A stretch of 64,000 bases of DNA. It comes from Candidatus Latescibacterota bacterium. Its GTDB lineage: Bacteria; Latescibacterota; UBA2968; UBA8231. The notes under the pieces were generated by a model that saw only the letters and a program-made list of their open reading frames with translations, was not told the DNA's origin and did no database searches. Positions 41,847 to 50,717 of this stretch are shown piece after piece. The position numbers and the translations under genes were made by a program. Numbering within the stretch: the first letter of the stretch is position 1; each line of letters starts with the position of its first letter. The stretch lies in assembly GCA_965243025.1 (NCBI GenBank), contig CBDETY010000003.1:1344001-1408000 (forward strand). Direction: 5' to 3'.

Positions 41847-41894
41847 AAAAAAATGGGGGACTTCCGCGATCTCCCCTTACTCCCGGAAGCCCCC
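41847..41894 (-). terminator. Intrinsic terminator upstream of zapA
   Basis: Minus strand gggggcttccg...cggaagtccccc-a-TTTTTTT. Confidence 0.7.
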
Positions 41895-41922
41895 TCTGTT
41901 GCGCGCACTACCACGTGGTAGA

Positions 41923-41968
41923 TCACAATATATAGTGTGTCAGAAAAATTGTCAACCACATATTGCGT
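41923..41968. promoter_or_regulatory. Tandem NrdR-box-like operators overlapping a minus-strand sigma70 promoter
   Basis: ACACTATATATTGTGA (41923-41938) and ACGCAATATGTGGTTG (41953-41968) versus consensus acaCwAtATaTwGtgt; promoter TTGACA-17-TATATT. Confidence 0.65.
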
Positions 41969-42341
41969 TTTTTTTGACTGTTTCATCTTTTTTTCTTGGT
42001 TCCCGGACCCAATTGTTGTGCCGCATGGGCACAATTCGGCAATTGAAAATCACCGTAATCCATTCTGCCTCCTGTAGTTAGAGCTCGACAAGAGGTGACC
42101 GCCCGATTCGAAAGAGCCTTGCCCGACCTTCGCAGAAGAGCCACCGTTGGGCAGCTTGTCAAGGTGCGCAATTATCTGATTTTTCATACCCTTACATCAA
42201 TTATTTCCCGCTTGGGGTAGATTGGGAGGCACCGGGGGGCGCATACTCTACTGACCCTCCCTTCCCTCCGGAGCCTGCTCTCTCACGCCGTTCGATCTGG
42301 TCGTCCGTCAAATTTTCTGATATTCGGATCTTTTTTTCAAG

Positions 42342-43541
42342 GTGCGCATTTCAAAAAACAGCCAGATTCTAATTGTCGGGGGGGGAATTGTCGGCCTGGC
42401 AATTGCTTTCCGGATGCTCGTCCGGTTTCCGGGCATCCGGATCACTGTTCTGGAAAAAGAGAAAGAGCTCGCCTTCCACCAGACCGGGCGCAACAGCGGG
42501 GTGCTGCACGCGGCTCCATATTACAAACCGAAGTCCTCAAAGGCCCTCCTCTGCCGGGCAGGATTGAAGTCGATGACCGATTTTGCCCGCGAACATGGGA
42601 TTCCCTACGAAATCTGCGGCAAGGTCATCGTAGCCAAGGAAGCATCGGAAGAGGAGAGGCTTCGAAAACTGTTTCTGACAGCGAGACAGAACGGAGTGAA
42701 CTGTGAACTGATTGGACGCGAAGCCCTTCTCGACCGCGAGCCGCACGTCCGGGGAACCCAGGCGATTCTCGTTCACGACACCGGCATCATCGATTATCGC
42801 GCCGTGGCCTATCGGCTGGCGGAGTTGATATCCGACGCGGATGGAGAGATTCACCTCGCTACCAGGGTTACCGGTTTCCATCGGGACGGGATGCAGCAGA
42901 TCGCGCTGACCGATGCAGGGGATTTCCGCGGGGATCTCGTCGTCAACGCCGCCGGTTTGTTCAGCGACCGCCTCTGCAAGAAAGCCGGTAGCCGGCCCGC
43001 AGCCAGGATCCTTCCGTTCAGGGGTGAGTATTTCGCGTTAAAACCGGAAGCCCACCACCTGTGCAACCATCTTATTTATCCCGTCCCGGACCCCAACCTT
43101 CCTTTTCTGGGTGTCCACTTCACGCGCATGATTGAGGGAGGTCGCGAGTGCGGGCCGAATGCCGTGCTCGCCTTTGCGCGCGAGGGGTACGAGTTCTGGG
43201 ATTTCAACGCCCGGGACTTCCTCGAAACCGTGACCTACCGGGGGTTTGTAAGGATGGCTTGGCATTGGCGCAAAGTGGGATTGGCCGAATTGTACCGTTC
43301 GCTGAGCAAGACAGCGTTCGTTCGCGAACTGCAGCAGTTCATTCCCGCAGTGTCGGCGGAAATGCTGGTTCCGGCTCCTGCCGGAATCCGGGCGCAGGTT
43401 GTGTTCCCCGACGGGGATCTCGCCAAGGACTTCGAGATTCTCAGGGAGGGCCCATTTGTGCACGTTCTCAACGCCCCCTCTCCGGCGGCGACCAGTTCCT
43501 TGGCCATCGCCGACCGGGTGATCGACGGAATGGAGGTCTGA
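42342..43541 (+). CDS. lhgO: L-2-hydroxyglutarate oxidase
   Basis: GGGIVG, HQTGRNSGVLH, PFRGEY, YPVPDP.LPFLGVHFT, GIRAQ, NAPSPAATSSL. Confidence 0.92.
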   Translation: MRISKNSQILIVGGGIVGLAIAFRMLVRFPGIRITVLEKEKELAFHQTGRNSGVLHAAPYYKPKSSKALLCRAGLKSMTDFAREHGIPYEICGKVIVAKEASEEERLRKLFLTARQNGVNCELIGREALLDREPHVRGTQAILVHDTGIIDYRAVAYRLAELISDADGEIHLATRVTGFHRDGMQQIALTDAGDFRGDLVVNAAGLFSDRLCKKAGSRPAARILPFRGEYFALKPEAHHLCNHLIYPVPDPNLPFLGVHFTRMIEGGRECGPNAVLAFAREGYEFWDFNARDFLETVTYRGFVRMAWHWRKVGLAELYRSLSKTAFVRELQQFIPAVSAEMLVPAPAGIRAQVVFPDGDLAKDFEILREGPFVHVLNAPSPAATSSLAIADRVIDGMEV

Positions 43542-43547
43542 CTTCCG

Positions 43548-44078
43548 ATGGCATTTCGAGTCAAACGGCGCGGCAGGCTCACCTACTACTACAGTGGAGA
43601 AAAACCGGTCCTTTCGGCCCTTGTAACCGAAGATCTGGGGGACGGCGATCTCCGGATTCATTTTGCCGGCCTGACCGGTGGCCACTCGGCGACAGGGATC
43701 CTCGACCTGGACCGGGTTCATACCATGAATCCCGCCGTCGAGGTGGACCTTGTGTTCAGGTGCTGGGAGAAATGGCTGCGCGATGCGGGGATATGCGATT
43801 CGATTTCCAAAATCGATTTCGTCGAGGTGCACGCCTTTGCCGCGCAGCCGAAGACACCCAACCCGATGCTGGAGCCGCAACGGTTCGCCGACGAACAGCA
43901 GCGTATATATAATGAATACGCGGAGGCGTACGGGAGTTTTTTCCAGGAACAGATGCCGGAGTGCGGCCTGCCCGCCCGCTTCACTGTTCACGTCGTCGAT
44001 TTCCCCGACAAGGCCGCCTCGTATGAGTTCTACAGCGTCGGCCTCTACCAGAAGAGCCTCCACGAGGATGAGGGATGA
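43548..44078 (+). CDS. Hypothetical protein
   Basis: 176-aa ORF with GGAGG RBS, 6 nt after the lhgO stop, ATGA overlap with larA. Confidence 0.75.
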   Translation: MAFRVKRRGRLTYYYSGEKPVLSALVTEDLGDGDLRIHFAGLTGGHSATGILDLDRVHTMNPAVEVDLVFRCWEKWLRDAGICDSISKIDFVEVHAFAAQPKTPNPMLEPQRFADEQQRIYNEYAEAYGSFFQEQMPECGLPARFTVHVVDFPDKAASYEFYSVGLYQKSLHEDEG

Positions 44079-45346
44079 GCCGGACTTTCGACCTTCCTTT
44101 TGGACAGCGGGCGCTGCGGCTTTCTCTCCCTGAAACCGCAGAGGTCGACGTGCTCGTCCCATCGGCGGCTGAAGCGGAGGAAGACGAAGCGGGTATTGTC
44201 AGCCGAGCCCTCCAGAACCCGATCGGGAGTCCGCCCTTGCGGGAGGTGGTCAACCAGGGGCAGACGGCGGTGGTGATAACCAGCGACAACACGAGACCCT
44301 GTCCGTCTCCACAGCTGCTGCCTCCGATTCTCGGTGAACTCAAGGCGGGTGGCATCTCCCCGGACGACACCAAGGTCGTGGTTGCCCTCGGTCTTCATCG
44401 ACCTCTCTCGAGCAAAGAGCTGCGCGAGCTGGTAGGACCCGAGGTCTACGGTTCGGTGGAGGTGGTCAACCACAACCCGGCCAACGTGGTTCGGGTCGGG
44501 TGGACCAGGGCAGGCACTCCGGTCGACCTGTTCCGACCCGTGGTGGATGCCGATGTTCGGGTCGGGTTGGGGAACATCGAGTTTCATTATTTCGCCGGGT
44601 ACTCAGGGGGCGGGAAGTCCATACTACCGGGATGCGCCGGCGAGCAGACTGTCAGCGCCAACCACGCCCTCATGGTCGAGCCGGGAGCACGAGTGGGGAT
44701 CCTCGAAAACAACCCCGTTCGAGCCGACCTTGAAGAAGGGGTTGCCCTGGTCGGCCTCGAATTCATCCTCAATGCCGTCGTCGACCGCAACCACCGTCTG
44801 GTTGCCGCGGTGGCCGGCGACGCGACCCAGGCACATCGGCAGGGATGCAGGATACTCGCCCGGCGGGATGCCGTGAAGATTGACCGCAAGGCCGACATCG
44901 TAGCCGTCAGCTCGGGCGGCGCGCCGTTCGACCTGAATCTCTACCAGGCCCAGAAAGCGCTCGAAAACGCCGGCGCCGTCGTCAGAGACGGGGGTGTCGT
45001 CATCTGGGTGGCGGAGTGCCCGGAAGGCTACGGGAATTCCACCTTCGAACAGTGGATGCGGCAGGCGGAGGCACCTGAGCAGGTTATGGACCGCATCGCC
45101 CGCAGGTTCATTCTGGGGGGGCACAAGGCGGCCGCCATTGCATCGGTTCAGCTGCGAGCCGAAGTCTACCTGGTGTCGGCCATGGGAGTCCTGCTGCAGG
45201 ATGCCTGCGGAGTTGTCGGTTTCTCCGATCTCGACACGGCCCTCCAGGCCGCCATGGAGAAGGTCGGTGTTCACCCCTCGGTCGCCGTGCTCCCGCACGG
45301 GAGTTCCACCTTCCCGGTTCCGGACGGGGTAGCAGAAGCTGTATGA
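44075..45346 (+). CDS. larA: Nickel-pincer-dependent LarA-family alpha-hydroxyacid racemase
   Basis: SDNTRP, ALGLHR, HYFAGYSGGGKSILPG, ANH, NLYQAQKAL, ECPEGYG. Confidence 0.9.
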   Translation: MSRTFDLPFGQRALRLSLPETAEVDVLVPSAAEAEEDEAGIVSRALQNPIGSPPLREVVNQGQTAVVITSDNTRPCPSPQLLPPILGELKAGGISPDDTKVVVALGLHRPLSSKELRELVGPEVYGSVEVVNHNPANVVRVGWTRAGTPVDLFRPVVDADVRVGLGNIEFHYFAGYSGGGKSILPGCAGEQTVSANHALMVEPGARVGILENNPVRADLEEGVALVGLEFILNAVVDRNHRLVAAVAGDATQAHRQGCRILARRDAVKIDRKADIVAVSSGGAPFDLNLYQAQKALENAGAVVRDGGVVIWVAECPEGYGNSTFEQWMRQAEAPEQVMDRIARRFILGGHKAAAIASVQLRAEVYLVSAMGVLLQDACGVVGFSDLDTALQAAMEKVGVHPSVAVLPHGSSTFPVPDGVAEAV

Positions 45347-45542
45347 CGGTCAGGGGAATGGCGTTACTGCTTTCGCAACGCTGACGAGAAACCTGGGGCG
45401 ATACGGGCTGTTCGTGCCTTCCCTGGTTTTGGGGGGAGGCCGTTGGAGGACTTGAGGGGCGGTTCAAGAGGTTGCGGGAACCTCCGCCTGTTTCAGAGTC
45501 GAATTCGCCCGGGGCCTCAAAACCCCTCGATCCCTTTTTCCT

Positions 45543-46655
45543 TCAGTGCGATTCCTGAGCTGGTGTCCCGAACAGGTCCAGTTGTGAGCTTGCCGGCTTG
45601 GGGACGGTGAACCCGGAAACACCGACACCAAGCAGCCGCACCCCGCGCTGGAAGGCTTGGGAACGGTGCAGTAACTGAACCGCGAGGTCCGCCACTACCT
45701 TGCCGTCACACAACCCTGTTGCATGTGTCCGTGACCGGGTAACAGTTTCGAAGTCCGGATAGCGAATCTTCACGGTTACAATCCGCCCCCGTAACCCGCG
45801 GCGCTGGAGGCGCGCGCTTACCCCCTCGCTCAGGCGTTCCAGGGTGGCTCGCATTTCTTCTGCGCTGAAAACATCCTCGGGAAAGGTTGTCTCACTGCTG
45901 AGTTGCTTTGGCTCCCGCCGGGGGCTGACCGGGTCATCGTCTCGACCCAGGGACCGGTGGTGGAAATAGAGACCCCTTTTGCCAAAATGATCCGTCAGTT
46001 TTTCCAGCCCGACTTTCGCGAGCTGACCGATCGTTCCGACTCCCATCTCCATGAATTTCGCTTCGGTGACTTTCCCGACTCCGGGGATCTTGCCAACAGG
46101 CAGATCCCCGAGAAAATCCGCAACCTGGCCCGGCATGACGACAACCAGGCCGTCAGGTTTGCGCAGGTCAGATGCCACCTTGGCAAGGAACTTGTTGGGC
46201 GCCAGTCCGGCCGAGGCTGTCAGTCCCAGACAGTTCCGGATGTCGGATTTGAGCATCTTCGCGAGCCGATGTCCAAGGGGCACTCCGAGCTTGTTGGTTG
46301 TGACGTCGAGATAAGCTTCGTCGAGAGCGACCGGTTCAATGAGATCGGTGTACTGGCTGAAGATCTCTTGCAGAGCATCCGATACCTTGCGGTATTTCCC
46401 GAAATCGCCGGGTATGCGAATGGCGTGGGGGCAGCGGGCAAGGGCCGTCTTCATCGGCATGGCGGAATGGATCCCGAATACCCGAGCCTCGTAGGAGGCT
46501 GCGGCAACCACCCCCCGGCCTCCCGGGTCTCCGCCGACGAGCACCGGTTTTCCCGCGAGGGAAGGGTCGTCCCGTTGCTCGACGGAGGCGTAGAAAGCGT
46601 CCATGTCGACATGTATGACTTTGCGGTTTCCAGTAACCGTCGACGAATGGTCCAT
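45543..46655 (-). CDS. dinB: DNA polymerase IV
   Basis: HVDMDAFYASVE, SYEAR.FG, LDEAYLD, KFLAKVASD..KPDG. Confidence 0.95.
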   Translation of the reverse strand: MDHSSTVTGNRKVIHVDMDAFYASVEQRDDPSLAGKPVLVGGDPGGRGVVAAASYEARVFGIHSAMPMKTALARCPHAIRIPGDFGKYRKVSDALQEIFSQYTDLIEPVALDEAYLDVTTNKLGVPLGHRLAKMLKSDIRNCLGLTASAGLAPNKFLAKVASDLRKPDGLVVVMPGQVADFLGDLPVGKIPGVGKVTEAKFMEMGVGTIGQLAKVGLEKLTDHFGKRGLYFHHRSLGRDDDPVSPRREPKQLSSETTFPEDVFSAEEMRATLERLSEGVSARLQRRGLRGRIVTVKIRYPDFETVTRSRTHATGLCDGKVVADLAVQLLHRSQAFQRGVRLLGVGVSGFTVPKPASSQLDLFGTPAQESH

Positions 46656-46689
46656 CTCGTCAAGCAAGGATGCAACCAGCCAAACGAGG

Positions 46690-47733
46690 CTACACCGGAA
46701 ACGGCAGTTCGCTGACGGTTACGAGGGAGGAAGTACCGTTCTCGTCCTCGAACGCCAGCTCCGTGCCGGGAGCGCAGAACTGGTTGCGGACGTAGGCGAG
46801 AGCAATCCTTGAACCCAGAATCGGGGAGAATGCTGTAGATGTTGTTTTGCCCGCCTTGCGTCCATCCCGGGAGACCAGCCTGGAGGATCCCTCGATTCGA
46901 CAGGCAGCGGGAATTCGCAGGCCGACCAGCCGCTGTTTCACCTTGTCGTATGAGTTGAGCCTGGCGATGACTTCCTGGCCGAGATAACACCCCTTGTCGA
47001 GGTTGATGGCACCATCCAATCCGGCTTCCCAGGGATTGTGATCCTCCGTCAGCTCGGTCCCCAATGCGGGCAAACCTTCCTCGATCCTGATGGTTTCGAA
47101 CCCGCCGTCGCTGAGTTGCTCCGCTCCCGCATCGCGCATTTCCAGAATCAAGGTCCCGATGTGGGAAGGATCTCCGATCAGTCGGATGCCTGGCAGGCGG
47201 CCGTAGCGGAGGCCGAGAAGCCACGGCTTCGGACTACCGGTTGAGATCAGGCGGTGTGGCGGGATCGGTTGACCTGCACCTCTCAGCCCCGGGAAGATCC
47301 CGGAAAGAATGGGGACTGACCCAGGACCGATTACCTCCATTGCCCCCGTCCTGGAAGTCAGGTCTTGAATCGAAATCTCCTCGTTGAAGATGAAGCGGTC
47401 GAGCCAGCCGACCAGCCGCCCCCCGCGCGAGGAGGGTATCACAAGGAGGGTGTTGTCATCGTCGAGGCGGGTGAATCCGCCCCAGGAAACGATGCGCCCC
47501 CGATTGTCGGTGAAAACCGCATCAACCCCTTCTCCACGTTGGAGATCGAGAAAATCGTTGGTTGTAAGGCGGTGCAGGATGCCGAGGTGATCGGACCCGG
47601 AGAGAAGAAGACGGGTGAAGGGCGTGATTTCCCTGAAAACCGCCCGATTTCTCGCCGCCGCAGTTTCCACCGTAATTCCGGGGGAGGGGGAGTCCCCCAG
47701 GCTCCATGCCCCGCGTCGGTTGTTTTCAGCCAT
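46690..47733 (-). CDS. ygfZ: YgfZ/GcvT-family folate-binding protein
   Basis: KGCYLGQEVIAR signature. Confidence 0.88.
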   Translation of the reverse strand: MAENNRRGAWSLGDSPSPGITVETAAARNRAVFREITPFTRLLLSGSDHLGILHRLTTNDFLDLQRGEGVDAVFTDNRGRIVSWGGFTRLDDDNTLLVIPSSRGGRLVGWLDRFIFNEEISIQDLTSRTGAMEVIGPGSVPILSGIFPGLRGAGQPIPPHRLISTGSPKPWLLGLRYGRLPGIRLIGDPSHIGTLILEMRDAGAEQLSDGGFETIRIEEGLPALGTELTEDHNPWEAGLDGAINLDKGCYLGQEVIARLNSYDKVKQRLVGLRIPAACRIEGSSRLVSRDGRKAGKTTSTAFSPILGSRIALAYVRNQFCAPGTELAFEDENGTSSLVTVSELPFPV

Positions 47734-47962
47734 GGTCCAGTCCCGAATTCAAGGGTCGGAATGACCCTTGGGTGCCAGGAGAGAGCCTTGTCCTGCTCCT
47801 CCAAATACAGGAGACCATGGGCAAATGCAAATCCGTTCCCATGGTTTCTCCATCGGTATGGAGTCAAGATATACGTCAAGCATACCCGGGCAATCGATTT
47901 TCCTCCGGAATCCGGGAATCCCTCCGGTCTGGACTGAAATCCCTCGGAAGAGGACCAGTCAG

Positions 47963-47991
47963 TTGCGTGGAAAGACCCATTTGTCTATATT
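47963..47991 (+). promoter_or_regulatory. sigma70 promoter of greA
   Basis: TTGCGT-17 nt-TATATT. Confidence 0.6.
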
Positions 47992-48017
47992 GGCGACATC
48001 CCATACGAAAAACCATG

Positions 48018-48058
48018 AGCGGAAGCGACGGGCTGTTTCAAACGCTTCCGCTTTTTGT
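48018..48058 (+). terminator. Leader terminator/attenuator in the greA 5' UTR
   Basis: 10-bp stem agcggaagcg / cgcttccgct followed by TTTTGT. Confidence 0.7.
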
Positions 48059-48133
48059 ATGCACCCCTCGCAAGGCATCCTGGGGGGGAATTCTGTATGG
48101 GGTTCGAAGTGTTGGAGGTGGGATCCCCCCGCC

Positions 48134-48165
48134 GCAGCTTGCTCGAGTAGCAGCTTGCTCGAGTA
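48134..48165 (+). repeat. Exact 16-bp tandem duplication (GCAGCTTGCTCGAGTA x2)
   Basis: Read directly from the sequence; lies immediately 5' of the greA RBS. Confidence 0.9.
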
Positions 48166-48182
48166 CAGGAGAGTGTCATCCA

Positions 48183-48653
48183 ATGAGCGAAGTGTACCTG
48201 TCGAGAGAAGGCTACCAGAAGCTCCAAGAGGAACTGCGTGAACTGAAGGGAACCGAACGTCCGACGGTTCGAGCCGCCCTCCAGCACGCGCGGGAGTTTG
48301 GAGACCTGTCCGAGAACGCAGAATACTCGGCCGCCAAAGAGCGTCTGATGTTTCTCGAGCAGCGAATCAACAAGCTTGAGGAAACCCTCAGCAGGGCGCG
48401 TCTCATCGAAAACGAGAACATCCCGGGGGACAAGGTGTACATCGGGGCTACTGTCGAGCTGCTCGACCTCGAGAAGAACCGGGAGCTTACCTACACCCTG
48501 GTGTCCCCGGAGGAGGCGGACTTCGAGGAGGGGAAGATCTCCACCGTGTCACCGATCGGGAAGGGCCTTCTCGGTCACCAGGAGGGGGAGGAGGTCGAAA
48601 TCCTGGTCCCGGCAGGACGTCTTCACTACAAGATCGTCAGCATTTCCCGTTGA
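48183..48653 (+). CDS. greA: Transcription elongation factor GreA
   Basis: GDLSENAEY.AAKE, IS..SPIGKGLLG; start at MSEVY with AGGAG RBS. Confidence 0.96.
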   Translation: MSEVYLSREGYQKLQEELRELKGTERPTVRAALQHAREFGDLSENAEYSAAKERLMFLEQRINKLEETLSRARLIENENIPGDKVYIGATVELLDLEKNRELTYTLVSPEEADFEEGKISTVSPIGKGLLGHQEGEEVEILVPAGRLHYKIVSISR

Positions 48654-48704
48654 AAAACCGACCGGTCCGGTGCAACGCCATCTCTCGCAAGCAGTTGGAC
48701 TCTA

Positions 48705-48733
48705 TTGACATTCCATTTCCGGGTACGTATCTT
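48705..48733 (+). promoter_or_regulatory. sigma70 promoter of the tRNA/secE cluster
   Basis: TTGACA-17 nt-TATCTT. Confidence 0.7.
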
Positions 48734-48802
48734 TTAAAGTCTGTAACTTTTTCGGACATGCGGCCTGATTAGAGTGTCCTCAGGGCCCGGGTAGCGGACG
48801 TT

Positions 48803-48879
48803 GCGGGAGTAGCTCAGTTGGCTAGAGCGCGAGCCTTCCAAGCTCGATGTCGCGGGTTCGAGTCCCGTTTCCCGCTCCA
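48803..48879 (+). tRNA. tRNA-Gly (TCC)
   Basis: Cloverleaf; anticodon arm cgagc-ctTCCaa-gctcg; GGTTCGA T-loop; encoded CCA. Confidence 0.97.
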
Positions 48880-48893
48880 TTTCGGGTTACGCG

Positions 48894-48969
<76 letters not shown>

Positions 48970-49079
48970 GATTCTCTTGCAGTTTTAAACTCCATAGCTG
49001 GAAACAGGTTAGGGACTTTTCGGCTCTAGCATTCGGGCCGCCGGCCCCTGACCGTCAGCTGAAATTGGGACAGGGCGGC

Positions 49080-49232
49080 ATGCCACGCGACCAGATTCAC
49101 CTTGCATGCGACAGTTGCAGCAGGCAAAACTACTCGGCTACCAAGAACAGGCGCACACATCCCGGCCGCGTGGAGTACAGGAAATACTGCCGGTTCTGCC
49201 GCAAACACACGTCACACCGAGAAACCCGCTGA
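49080..49232 (+). CDS. rpmG: 50S ribosomal protein bL33 (Zn-binding type); below the ORF-track length cutoff
   Basis: MPRDQIHLACDSCSRQNYSATKNRRTHPGRVEYRKYCRFCRKHTSHRETR. Confidence 0.95.
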   Translation: MPRDQIHLACDSCSRQNYSATKNRRTHPGRVEYRKYCRFCRKHTSHRETR

Positions 49233-49266
49233 ATTTTCTGCGAGTAGATCGACACACGAATCTGTT

Positions 49267-49339
49267 AGGTCTGTAGCTCAATTGGTAGAGCACTGGTCTC
49301 CAAAACCAGCGGTTGCAGGTTCGAGTCCTGCCAGGCCTG
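49267..49339 (+). tRNA. tRNA-Trp (CCA)
   Basis: Cloverleaf; ctggt-ctCCAaa-accag; 3' CCA not encoded; canonical position before secE. Confidence 0.96.
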
Positions 49340-49379
49340 GTTTTTTCCAGAGCAGGTAGCGGAATCCGGGCTACGGGGG

Positions 49380-49568
49380 ATGTGGGAAAAAGTCACCACC
49401 TTTTTGGTCGAGGTCCGCACGGAGTTTACGAGGGTCATATGGCCAACGCGAACCGAACTGGTCAATTCGACCACCATTGTGATCGTGTTTTCCATAGCCT
49501 TCGCCATCTTCATCGGGTTGTTCGACCTGGTCCTGTCCTACGTCCGCTCGATCCTGCTGGTTCTTTGA
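49380..49568 (+). CDS. secE: Preprotein translocase subunit SecE
   Basis: FLVEVRTEFTRVIWPTR plus one transmembrane segment; synteny. Confidence 0.93.
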   Translation: MWEKVTTFLVEVRTEFTRVIWPTRTELVNSTTIVIVFSIAFAIFIGLFDLVLSYVRSILLVL

Positions 49569-49583
49569 GGCCCCGTCGATAAC

Positions 49584-50180
49584 GTGACTTCCCCCTCTCC
49601 GCCATCCCAATCCACAGCAAGCGAGGCAGTTCTCAAGCAGTGGTATGCTCTGCACACCTACTCGGGGCACGAAAACAAAGTCAAGGCCTACCTGGAATCG
49701 CTGATTCAATCCGGTGATGCAGGAGGAGCCATCTACCAGGCTGTCGTCCCGACCGAAGAGGTTGTGGAGATGAGGGGTGGCAAGAAAACCGTTACGAAGA
49801 AGCGCTTCTTGCCCAGCTACGTCCTTGTCGAAATGGAGATGAACAAGGACGCTTGGCACATTGTCACCAACATTCCCGGAGTAACGAATTTCGTTGGGCC
49901 TGGTCGCAAGCCTCAGGCACTCACCCAGGAAGAGGTTTCCCACATTCTCGGCCACATAGATCGCCGAAAGTCCCATGAGGTTGAAGAGATCCCGTTCCTG
50001 GTCGGGGATCAGGTCAAGGTAAACGACGGTGCGTTCAAGGACTTTGTCGGTACGGTTCAGGAGGTGATTCCCGAAAAACGCAGGTTGAAGATCGTGGTAA
50101 GCATTTTCGGGCGCGGAACTCCAGTCGAACTCGATGTCCTTCAGGTTGAGCCGGTGGAGGAACGTTCAGCCAGCCGTTGA
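49584..50180 (+). CDS. nusG: Transcription termination/antitermination factor NusG
   Basis: WYALHTYSGHENKV, PSYVLVEM, KOW domain, IFGR.TPVEL. Confidence 0.96.
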   Translation: MTSPSPPSQSTASEAVLKQWYALHTYSGHENKVKAYLESLIQSGDAGGAIYQAVVPTEEVVEMRGGKKTVTKKRFLPSYVLVEMEMNKDAWHIVTNIPGVTNFVGPGRKPQALTQEEVSHILGHIDRRKSHEVEEIPFLVGDQVKVNDGAFKDFVGTVQEVIPEKRRLKIVVSIFGRGTPVELDVLQVEPVEERSASR

Positions 50181-50213
50181 GCCCGGGTATTTGGCGAGGG
50201 GAACGAATTACAA

Positions 50214-50678
50214 ATGGCGAAAAAAGAACTCGCGGTGATCAAGCTGCAGATACCGGCCGGGGGGGCGAGCCCCACTCCTCCCGTGGGGCCGGCGCTCGGC
50301 CAACACGGCGTCAACATCATGGAATTCTGCAAAGCGTTTAACGCCGGCACTCAGGACAGGCAGGGCCTGATCATACCAGTGGTAATTACGGTATTTGCCG
50401 ACCGTAGCTTCACTTTCATAACCAAGACCCCTCCGGCCTCGGTTTTACTGAAAAAAGCCGCAGGCATCGAGAAGGGGTCGGGAGTCCCGAACCGCGACAA
50501 GGTCGGCACCGTGACTCGTGAGCAATTGGTTGAGATTGCCGAGACCAAGATGGAAGACCTGAATGCCGATTCGGTTGCCGCCGCCGTCGAGATGATCGCT
50601 GGAACGGCCCGGAGCATGGGCTTGATCGTCGGCTCCCCTGGAGCAGAAGCCACAACGAGCGAGGACGTCGAAAACTGA
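50214..50678 (+). CDS. rplK: 50S ribosomal protein uL11
   Basis: [29 protein letters not shown]. Confidence 0.98.
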   Translation: MAKKELAVIKLQIPAGGASPTPPVGPALGQHGVNIMEFCKAFNAGTQDRQGLIIPVVITVFADRSFTFITKTPPASVLLKKAAGIEKGSGVPNRDKVGTVTREQLVEIAETKMEDLNADSVAAAVEMIAGTARSMGLIVGSPGAEATTSEDVEN

Positions 50679-50717
50679 ACCGGGAAAACGCCTGCCGCTG
50701 AACTAGAGGAGAGAGCC

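Noticed and set aside
41796-42341. AT-rich gap as a possible oriC
   Set aside because: No TTATCCACA-type DnaA box cluster was found and dnaA/dnaN are not nearby. The features fit promoter/operator elements better.
47706-48182. 159-aa N-terminal extension of GreA / ATG at 47817
   Set aside because: The region contains the greA promoter and leader terminator, the translation has no protein-like features, and the canonical start at 48183 has a good RBS.
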